Part shown: positions 53,615-64,000 of the stretch, piece after piece
Layout: every line of letters begins with the position of its first letter
How positions within the stretch are numbered: position 1 is the stretch's first letter
Source of the DNA: the human T2T-CHM13v2.0 reference genome, Homo sapiens
DNA: 64,000 nucleotides
NCBI RefSeq assembly: GCF_009914755.1
Contig: NC_060927.1
Reading direction: 5' to 3' (one strand)
The notes under the pieces: generated by a model
Database searches by the model: none
Told to the model about the DNA's origin: nothing
Seen by the model: only the letters and a program-made list of their open reading frames with translations
Made by a program: the position numbers and the translations under genes

Positions 53615-54265
53615 TGTATGAGTTTATCATTACTGTGAAATGAACTTAGTGGCTTGAAGCAACACAATTTCATAGTTCCGTTCTGCAGGTCACAAGTCTA
53701 GGCAGAGTATAACTGGATTCTCTGCTGATGCTCTCAGGAGGCTGTGAGTAAGCAAAATGTTTGCCATAACTGGGGTTTTTCATCTACAGCTTGGAGTTCT
53801 CTTGCAAACCTATTCAAGTTGCTATTAGAATTCAGTTTTCTTTGAGCTGTAGAAATGAAGTCCCTGTTTTCTTACTGGCTGTCAGCCGGGGATCATTTTC
53901 TTACTGGCTGTCAGCCGGGGACCATTCCCTGGTAAGGAATATTGCCACCCACATGACTTACCTCTACCTTCAAAGCCAGCAATGGAAAATCTCTCTCACC
54001 ATCAAATTCATCTCGTGCATAGAAACTCCCTGATTTTGATCTCTCACTAGGGAGTGCTCACAGTCTTTTAAGAGCTCTCTTGATTAAGTGAAGTTCACAA
54101 AAGATAATCTTCCTATCTGAAGGTCAACTGTTTTGGGACCTTACATGCATCCACAAAACCCCATCAGAGCTGCACCTAGATTGTTGTTCAATTGAATAAT
54201 GGCAAAAGGTGTCTGTTTACCATTAGGTAGGGATCTTAGAAGATATCTTAGAATTTTGCCTACCA
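53615..54265 (-). mobile_element. MLT1 LTR containing a 29-bp tandem duplication (53868-53925)
   Basis: ACTTAGTGGCTTGAAGCAACAC...TCTTAGAATTTTGCCTACCA. Confidence 0.7.
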
Positions 54266-54362
54266 AAAACAGTGAACAACTCAATCACAATCTCTTCTTT
54301 CTTAAAATATGAAGTCAAATTTGGTGGAAAAATCAGTGTCCAAACAATGATTTCTTTGTTTC

Positions 54363-54531
54363 CTTTTTTTTTTCCAGACAGGGTTTCACTCTGTCATTCT
54401 GCCATCCAGGCTGGAGTACCATGGCATTATCATAGCTCATCACAACCTCGAACTTCTGGGCTCAAGCAATCCTCCCTCCTCAACACCCTGAGTAGCTGGG
54501 ACAATAAGCATGTACCACCACACCTGGCTAA
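54363..54531 (-). mobile_element. FRAM/AluJ right monomer
   Basis: CTGGGCTCAAGCAATCCTCC. Confidence 0.8.
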
Positions 54532-54545
54532 CAAATAATGATTTA

Positions 54546-54934
<389 letters not shown>

Positions 54935-55211
54935 TTATTTGCACCAAATGCATAATCTTTCTTTAGGGTTCAACTGAAGGCACATAATCTTCCTAAACCT
55001 TTCTTTGGTCATCATTTCTCCCCAGACTTAACATGGCATTTGGATGCTGCACTGGTAATTTTCCATTTGCCCCTCCAAGTTCACCTCCTCCCTTCTGACT
55101 CTTGCTCTTTGGCAATTTATAGACTATTTTAATAAGACCCTTACCTTCTGTTTTCTGACTGGATTTGACCAGTGGCAGACACCAGCAACAGATTAGAGGT
55201 AGGAGGATAGT

Positions 55212-55626
55212 TATCTTAGTCCATTCTTGCGTTGCTATAAATAAATACGTGAGACTGGGTAATTTATATAGAAAAGATGTTTAATTGGCTCACAGTTCTG
55301 CAGGCTATACACAAAGCATAGTGCAAGCATCCCCTTTTGGTGAGGGCCTCAGGAAGCTTACAATCATGGCAGAAGGTAGGGGTAACCAGCATGTCACGTG
55401 GTGATAGTAGGAGCAAGAGACAAAGTGGAAATGTCTCAGATTTTCTTAAACAGCCAGATCTTGCAGGAACTAACTGAGAACGCACTTATTATCAAAGGGA
55501 TGATGACAAGCCATTCATCAGGGATCTGCCCCCATGACCCAATCACTTCCCACCAGGCCCCACCTTCAACACCGTGAGTCACATTTAAACATGAGATTTG
55601 AAGGGGAAAACATCCAAATCATATCA
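55212..55626 (-). mobile_element. MST MaLR solo LTR inserted into an older ERVL-type LTR (~55050-55915)
   Basis: TCTTAGTCCATT...CCAAATCATATCA; TSD ATAGT/GTAGT. Confidence 0.8.
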
Positions 55627-56007
55627 GTAGTGATGTGGGGGAATTTATTCTCCCTTTCTGCTAGCTTGTAGACAGACACAGCACCTTTGCAGGAGACCCT
55701 TCCTACAATTGTAGCTCTGTGTCTCTGGGCAACCATAAGTATTCCCTCTGTTTTTTCTCAAATCTGGGCATGGTAATGGCAACTACCTGCTATTTCTGAT
55801 GTTGAGGTTCTTTATTATTTCTCTTGTATTTTCCTTAATATTTTTCAAATATTATAAAGATTCTCCTCAATTATTCTATTTGAGGGTGAATTCTGTTTCC
55901 TGATACTCTGATACAAATATTTTATTACTCTCTGGTATCCTTTCTTGCCAAAATATTCTCAAATTAGTTTAGGGTGGTGTATTAGTCAGGGCTCTCTAGA
56001 GGGACAG

Positions 56008-56182
56008 ATATATATATATATACACACACACATATATATCGAGGGATATATATATGTATATGGTGGAACATATATATATGGTAGAACATATATATATATG
56101 GTGGAACATATATATATGGTAGAACATATATATATATGGTGGAACATATATACATATATGGTGGAACATATATATATATATG
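56008..56182. repeat. (TA)n-GGTRGAACA minisatellite inside an MLT2A LTR
   Basis: Read directly from the sequence. Confidence 0.9.
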
Positions 56183-56306
56183 GAGTTTATTAAGGAGTAT
56201 TAACTCAGAAAATCACAAGGTCCAACAACAGGCCATCTGCAAGCTGAGGAGCAAGGAAGCCAGTCCAAGTCCCAAAGCTAAAGAACTGTCTCTCAAAAAG
56301 AGAGTA

Positions 56307-56618
56307 GTTATCTAGGCCAGGCACAGTGGCTCACACCTGTAATCCCAGCTGTTTGGGAGGCCGAGGCAGGTGGATCACAAAGTCAGGAGATGGAGACCAT
56401 CCTGGCTAACCAGTGAAACCCTGTCTCTACTAAAAATATAAAAAATTAGCCGGGTGTGGTGGTGTGTGCCTGTAGTCCCAGCTACTCAGGAGGCTGAGGC
56501 AGGAGAATGGCGTGAACCCGGTAGTCAGAGGTTGCAGTGAGCCCAGATTGAGCCACCGCACCCTAGCCTGGGCGACAGAGCGAGACTCCATCTCAAAAAA
56601 AAAAAAAAAAAAAAAAAA
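56307..56618 (+). mobile_element. AluY/Sc inserted into HERV-L pol
   Basis: TSD AGAGTAGTTWTCT. Confidence 0.95.
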
Positions 56619-59600
56619 AGAGTAGTTTTCTGCAGAAGATAGCAGCGCCTTGCTCCAAAATCCTAGTGGCCTCCCCTGTGATTCACCTATAGGGGCCTGC
56701 CAGGGGCTCCAAACAGCATTCCTATCTGCCACTGACACCTCAGGCACCATTGAATCTGCTGGGTCATACGGATCAAGTGGCAGAGTAGCTTGCACAGCAG
56801 CCTGGACCTGTTGTAGAGCCTTCTTCTGTTCTGGACCCCACTCAAAACTAGAAGCCTTCTGGATCACTTGATAAATGGGTTGGAGTAACACACCCAAATG
56901 ACGATTTTGTTGCCCTCAAAATCCAGATAGGCCCACTAGGCATTGTGCCTTTTTCTTGGTTGTACGAGAGGCCAAATGCAGCAACTTACTCTTCACCTTA
57001 CAAGTAATATCTCGACAGGCCCCACACCACTGGACCCATAAAATTTTTACTGAGGTAGAAGGTCCCTGGATTTAATTCTCATTATCTGGCATGCAAATGT
57101 CTCACCAATAAGTCCAGTGTGTTTGCTATTTTTTGCTCACTGGATCCAACCAGTATAATGTCATCAATGTAATGGAGCAGTGTGATATGTTGTGGAAGTG
57201 AAAGCGATCAAGATATCTCCAAATAAGATTATGACACAAAGCTGGAGAGTTGATATACCCGTGAGGTAGGACAGTAAAGGTATATTGCTGGCCTTGCCAG
57301 CTGAAGGCAAATTGCTTCTGGTGGGCCTTATGGACAGGAATGGAGAAAAGGCATTTGCCAAGTCAATGGCTGCATACCAAGTACCAGGAGATGTGTTAAT
57401 TTGCTCAAGCAATGAAGCCACATGGGGTACAGCAGCTGCAATTGGAGTCACCACTTGGTTAAGTTTACAATAATCCACTGTTGTTCTCCAAGATCTGTCT
57501 GTCTTCACAGGCCAAATAGGAAAGTTGAATGGCGATGTGGTGGGAATCACAACCTCTGTGTCTTTCGAGTTCTTAATGGTAGCACTGATCTCTGCAATGT
57601 CTCCAAGGGATATGATACTGTTTTTGATTTACTATTTTTCTAGGTAGAGGCAGCTCTAATGGCTTTAATTTGGCCTTTTCCACCATAATAACTCTCAGCC
57701 AACCAGTCAGGGAGTCAATGTGGGGGTTCTGCCAACTGCTAAATATATCTATGCCAATTATGCATTCTTGCACTGGGAAAATGGCCACAGGATGAGTCCA
57801 GGGATCCACTGGACCTACTGTAAGTCAGACCTGAGCTAAAACTGCATTAATTACCTGACCTTCATAAGCCTTTACTGTAACTGGAGGACCACAATAATGT
57901 TTTGGGTACCCTGGAATCAACATCAGCTCAGAGTTGGTGTCCAATAGTCCACAAAATGTCTGATATTTCCCTTTCCCCAATGCACAGTTACCTTGGTAAA
58001 AGGCTGGAGGTCATCTTGGGGAAGGATGGGAAAAAGATTAACAGAATAAATTGTTGGTAGTGTAGTGGGGTCCTTCCTCAAGGGGACACGACCTTCCCTT
58101 CATTCAAGTGGTTCAGGATCTGTAAACTGGCTCAAGTCTGGAAATTGGTTGAGGGGCAGTGATTCTATGTTTTTATAATTCAAATTAGTCTTCTGTCCAC
58201 TAGACATGGAAGTTTTTTGCTTATATAAATTAGCTTGGAATTTAGTAGACTTCCCATCAATTTTTCTTCTAGAAACACTGTGAATAATTAGCCAATGCCA
58301 GAATGCTACACCAATCAGACTGTTCTGATTGCTGTTTTGCCTCTGCTGCCCTTCACGGTAGCTATGCCCACCTTGCCATTGGTGGTTGAGTGCCACAACT
58401 TGGCCCCTGCCAACTCAGGATCCAATTATTCACATGGAATTTATATTTTGTGGTTGAGTGACTGTGGTTCCCACTGTTAGAGCTGACATACAGAGAACAG
58501 CAATTGCTGGGCTCTTCAAAGATGCAGCTGCTGCTCTCTCAAATCTATTTCACAAAGTGTTGGTCAAGGGTGTATCTTCTGGACCCTCCCAGCTGGTATG
58601 AGTAGCTCTAAAGTGACTAATCCACTCCACCATCCCAATCTCCCTAAGCTCCCTTTGGCTCTCTTCCTCTACATTAAACCAAGGGAGATCAGGCTTTTCC
58701 ATCTCAGTCACAGTGAGCCATCTTTTAATCCATATTTCAGCTAACCAAGCAAATAAACTATTAGACTCTTTTTTAACTCCCCAACTTGCAACATTAAATG
58801 CAGAATCCCTACTTAGTAGGCCCAAATTAATAAATTCAGCCTGATTCAACTCTATATTCCCTTCACCATTATCCCACACCCTTAATATCCATTCCCATAC
58901 TTGTTATTCAGATTTTTGCTTATATAAATTAGAAAACTAAAGCACTTTTTTTCTGAGTGTAGCACACCTCCTCATGGGTCACACTCTGAACCTCACCTTC
59001 AGGGGCCCACCAGGACTTTAGTCTAGTTGTAGGTCTAGAAGCAAACAGGGGTATTCGGGGTGGCTCCTGAGGAGAATCAATATTATCTTGCCTGGCAACT
59101 GCCTCACGGGAGGCCATCACTGTTGCCTCAGGCAGCACAGAGTTCATCTCCTCAGACAAAGGTGGAAAGGCTGATTGCAGCATGGGTCAGGGAGGGGATG
59201 TTGCCAATACTGGGGATGAGGAAGCTGTTTCTTCTGGGAAAAAAAAAGGTTCCTCAGTGTTTACAAGCTCAGCTTCCCCAGCTTCACCAGGGTCCTCTCA
59301 CACCTCCCCATTCCAAGTTGTAGGGTCCCATTTTTTTTTCCAGACAATACCCTCACTTTAACAGTAGACACTTGGGGAGGCTGTGCATGCACCTTTCATT
59401 GCAGGTCAGCCACTCACGCGATAAGAGCTTGTGTTTGTTTTTCCACAATTTCAGCTCTTTCTTTACAGGAGGTATGACCCTCATTCAGGGCAAACTTAGC
59501 AGATTTGAGGCTCAGTATCTGTTTCTGAAGCTGGGAATTAGAATCCCTGAGTTTATCATTTCCTTTCATCACTTTGTCCAGTGAACTTAGGCACAACCAA

Positions 59601-59937
59601 CCAACTTCATTATGTTTCTTCATTTTTTACATATAGTCAAAAGTATTATGTATAGAGTCACTAAACTCCTTGCCTCTCAGGAGCAGTGAATCAGGAGTGT
59701 CAAATGCGTTATTTTGCATAACTCTCTAAACAGTTTATGCCAAGGACTATTAGTGTTCTCCATACTATTAGAAGTAGAGTTCTGAACATTTTGGGGTCTA
59801 ATCATATTAAGCAGCCAGCTCCAGAACTCCCAAAACCAACACAAGAACTCCATTCTTAATATACTGTTCCTCTAGAACTACTCCTGGTATCAAAATTTGT
59901 ATTAGTCAAGGTTCTCTAGAGGGATAGAATTAATAGG

Positions 59938-60208
59938 ATATATACATCATATATATGTATCCTATATATATGTGAGGATATATATATATATCCTATATAT
60001 GTGAGGATATATATATCCTATATATGTGAGGATATATATATATCCTATATATTTGAGGATATATATATCCTATATATGTGAGGATATATATATCCTATAT
60101 ATGTGAGGATATATATATATATTCTATATATGTGAGGATATATATATATATTCTATATATGTGAGGATATATATATATTCTATATATGTGAGGATATATA
60201 TATATATG
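59938..60208. repeat. GTGAGG(AT)nCCTATATAT minisatellite inside an MLT2A LTR
   Basis: Read directly from the sequence; about 8 GAGGAT-containing units. Confidence 0.9.
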
Positions 60209-60692
60209 AGTTGATTAAGAAGTATTAACTCACACAATCACAAGGCCCCACAATAGGCCATCTGCAAACTCAGAATCAAGGAAGCCAGTATGAGTCCCAA
60301 AGCTGAAGATCTTGGAGTCTGATGTTCGAGGGCAGGAAGCATCCAGCACAGGAGAAAGATATAGGCTTGCAGGCTGAGCCAGTTTAGTCTTTTCACATTC
60401 TTCTGCCTGCTTTTTATTCTGGCCGTGTTGGCAACTGATTCGATTGTGCCCACCCCGACTAAGGGTGGGTCTTTCTTTCCCAGCCCACTGACTTAAATGT
60501 TAACTTCTTTTGGCAGCACCCTCACAGACACACCTAGGATTAATACTTTGCATCCTTCAATCCAAGCAAGTTGACATTATTAACCATCACAGGTAGCAAT
60601 GTGCTATGTAAAATATATGAGATCATGAAACACTATTAGTACCAATGGGACATAATCAGATGGTCATTTCAGCTTACATTTCCATTACAGAT

Positions 60693-62132
60693 TGAGAGGT
60701 GACAGCGTGCTGGCAGCCCTTGCAGACCTTGCTCACTCTCGGCACCTCCTCTGCCTGGGCTCCCACTTTGGTGGCACTTGAGGAGCCCTTCAGCCCACCG
60801 CTGCACTGTGGGAGCCCCTTTCTGGGCTGGCCAAGGTCGGAGCTGGCTCCCTCAGCTTGCAGGGAGGTGTGGAGGGAGAGGCGTGAGCGGGAACCGGGGC
60901 TGCATGTGGGGCTTGTGGGCCAGCTGGATTGCCGGCTGGGCGTGGGCTTGGCTGCCCCGCACTCGGAGTGGCCGGCCGGCCCTGCCAGCCCCAGGCAATG
61001 AGGGGCTTAGCACCTGGGCCAGTGGCTGCAGAGGGTGTGCTGGGTCCCCCAGCAGTGCCAGCCTACTTGCGCTGCACTGAATTTCTCACTGGGCCTTAGC
61101 TGCCTCCCCACGGGGCAGGGCTTAGGACCTGCAGCCTGCCATGCCTGAGTCTCCTCCCCCCACCGTGGGTTTCTGCATGGCCTCAGTCTCCCCGACAAGC
61201 ACTGCCCCCTGCTCCACGGCACCTGGTCCCGTCGACCACCCAAGGGCTGAGGAGTGCGGGCGCACAGCGCGGGACTGGCAGGCAGCTCTACCTGTGGCCC
61301 AGGTACGGGATCAACTGGGTGAAGCCAGCTGGGCTCCTGACTCTGGTGGGGACTTGGAGAACCTTTGTGTCTACCTAAGGGATTGTAAATACACCAATCG
61401 GCACTGTATATCTAGCTCATGGTTTGTAAACACACCAATCAGCACCCTGTGTCTAGCTCTGGGTTTGTGAATGCACCAATCAACACTCTGGATCTAGCTA
61501 CACTGGTGGGGACTTGGAGAACCTTTGTGTCGACACTCTGTATCTAGCTAATCTAGTGGGGATGTGGAGAACCTTTGTGTCTAGCTCAGGGATTGTAAAC
61601 GCACCAATCAGCAACCTGTCAAAACAGACCACTCGGCTCTCTGTAAAATGAACCAATCAGAGGATGAGGGTGGGGCCAGATAAGAGAGTAAAAGCAGGCT
61701 GCCCGAGCCAGCAGTGACAACCCGCTGGGGTCCCCTTCCACACTGTGGAAGCTTTGTTCTTTCACTCTTTGCCATAAATCTTGCTGCTGCTCACTCTTTG
61801 GGTCCACACTGCCTTTATGAGCTGTAACACTCACTGCAAAGGTCTGCAGCTTCACTCCTAAAGCCAGCGAGACCACGAACCCACCAGGAGGAATGAACAA
61901 TTCCAGACGCGCTGCCTTAAGAGCTGTAACACTCACCACGAAGGTCCAAGCTTCACTCCTGAGCCAGCGAGACCGTGAACCCCACCAGAAGGAAGAAACT
62001 CCAAACACATCCAAACATCAGAAGGAACAAACTCTGGAGACACCGCCTTTAAGAACTGTAACACTCACCGCGAGGGTCCACGGCTTCATTCTTGAAGTCA
62101 GTGAGACCAAGAACCCACCAATTCCAGACACA
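60693..62132 (+). mobile_element. Complete LTR12C-type solo LTR (ERV9) with an intact CCAAT enhancer-repeat block
   Basis: TGAGAGGTGACAG...CCAGACACA, TSD AGAT, multiple CACCAATC/TCTAGCT repeats at 61340-61660. Confidence 0.95.
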
Positions 62133-64000
62133 AGATGACAACGATGGCATTTTCTTCCTTCTTGCTTCTTCCTGCCTGGTTAGAAAAAGGAAATATATTA
62201 CCACAAAATCATAAGCCCGTGGTAAAAAAAACTCAGCCTTAAAGTGTGAAAGTGAAAAGATAGAAACAGACTGAATTTCTGAAAACAACTTTGAGTCACC
62301 ATGCTAGTTGTGCACTTCATGATACAAACAAATCCTACTGTCAGTAGTTTTTTTAATTGCAGAAGGCAGATGAATGTATTCCTTATGAATGTATCCACCC
62401 ACTCTGTTTTGTTCATGCTCCTTTCCATACAACAATGTAATCAGCAGGTTAAGTGAAGAAATATACGTTCAAGGAACTTTACTTTACTATTTCTCTTGAC
62501 CATGACCAGACCAGAAGCAGATAAAATTGGTCAGTATCTCCCAAGAGATTCTTAAACATGCACATTCAAGTTAATGTTTTAATACACATATTCTTCTAAT
62601 TTAATTTTACCAGTAGATACACATCAAGACTCTTCTCTGGACTTTCTCATAATATATTGCAAAAGTTTGACACCGTCAGCTTCTAAATTATAATTATTAA
62701 TTTACTCATATTTATTTTTACTTTATAATCAGGAAGTAGAGTGGGGATCAGAGCATAATACTATTTTAGTAAACTATTTCATTGTTTTCAGCTCATCTCA
62801 CACTGTACTTCTGGTAGCAAGAAAGCAAATCATTACATCTTGTTTGATTGCTCCTCCATATCAACGTGATGATTGTGTTTATTGTCCTCAATTTGCTTGC
62901 ATGACTCATTACATTTCTGCCAAATATTCCAGTGGATATTTTCTGTTACTAGATTAATGCACTCTCTGATTCTTTCTCTGATAAGTATGTCTCACTTCAC
63001 ATTTTATCTCAGACAGGTTAATAGCTGCCCTCCTTAGCGACATTTAGAAAATGAGATGAACAGAAACCAGCATGTTTTATTATTATTTCCAAGAAACTTT
63101 TATTCCTTTACCCACATTTGGGGTCACATAAGAAGTCTGAGATTTTGATCAGACATCTGCCTTTATAGAGGCTTCCGGTAATTAAGCCTGAGAATGTTTT
63201 CAGCCTATAAAGAGAGGAATGAATTTAAAAGATAGCAAGAAGGAACAATCAAGATGTTAGTGAATTGTATTTAAAAACATTTGGGGAGAAGAAATTTCAT
63301 AGTACATGATATCTGACAATTAGTGATATTTGATAGAGAAGTATCAGATTTTGTAAAGAAATAATATTTTGAAATTAGAAGACCAGAAAATAAGGCCATG
63401 TGAGCCTTTTTTAATGGGATATTATTTAACATAACATTCACCTAATTCTGATTTTTGAGGCTGAGCTTTGCTACAGACCATTAGGCTTTGACTGTGAGCT
63501 ACTGAGATGAGATAGCAATAAGACAAAATAAACCAAAAATTTAATGTGAGAAAGTGAAATGGTTGGCTTGTTGAACTTGGTTGTATTTTACTAATATGAT
63601 ATAAAATGAAGCCATTTGCTGAATTAATAAGAGAATGCTAGGTAATGTTTTTATAAAGTTCTAATTTTGTCTCATTTTTATAATGGTAACAATTAAAACT
63701 GAAATTGCATTACCAGTATGGTTACTGCTATGCTGATATTTCATAGATACTATTTGGTGCTTTGGTATTGAGACATTAGAGTGATAAAAAGAAACAATAC
63801 ACGTTTTATGCTTTTGTGTAATAAAGAGTTTTCATGCTTCTCTTTGAAGTCTGAGATTTTTCTTATTAACAAAATTAAATAAAACAATAATTTTAAGAAT
63901 TCTGTCACTGCTTTTCCCTGGTTTATTTGTACTTATTGAAAAGTTTATGTAACTACAGCAATAAAGTATACAACTAAAATCAACTTCCTTTTCTTTCCAA

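Larger units (their letters stand above)
55978..60591 (-). mobile_element. HERV-L provirus with MLT2A LTRs (55978-56287 partial, 59898-60591), degenerate gag/pro/RT and a large 3' deletion
   Basis: RT peptides [28 protein letters not shown] at ~57160-57174 and [11 protein letters not shown]; gag fragments; TSD GGTGG/GGTAG. Confidence 0.92.

Noticed and set aside
56430-59623. HERV-L gag/pol as functional CDS
   Set aside because: Broken into short frames by stops and frameshifts, interrupted by an Alu, and missing the 3' part of pol.
60699-62138. Cluster of 80-130 aa ORFs
   Set aside because: Same LTR12C-derived frames as at 20.3 kb and 0.5 kb.
62140-64000. Apparently unique AT-rich sequence, possibly genic
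   Set aside because: No convincing ORF, exon pair or RNA structure can be supported by eye.

Overview
This is primate, probably human, AT-rich non-genic DNA made up largely of interspersed repeats: Alu SINEs, L1 fragments of several ages, many ERV/MaLR LTRs, a deleted HERV-L provirus, an MSTA provirus, the 3' end of an ERV9 provirus, a MER1 DNA transposon and AT-rich minisatellites. I see no intact protein-coding gene, RNA gene or CRISPR array. The most notable structure is at ~21.9-25.8 kb, where an LTR7-related (HERV-H group) solo LTR sits directly upstream of an intronless KRAB-zinc-finger retrocopy fragment. That fragment comprises a 5'UTR, an exact 127-bp KRAB-A exon and an exon-3-like piece, has no zinc fingers, and is fused to an L1 5' region, leaving a short open KRAB-only frame. 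Other points of interest are an ERV9 env tail that appears to carry the same 4-aa deletion as syncytin-1, a hairpin-forming AT-rich VNTR, a templated MER1 micro-insertion, a 172-bp tandem duplication and several short-homology deletions. Repeat subfamily names come from recalled consensus sequences and need RepeatMasker/Dfam confirmation.
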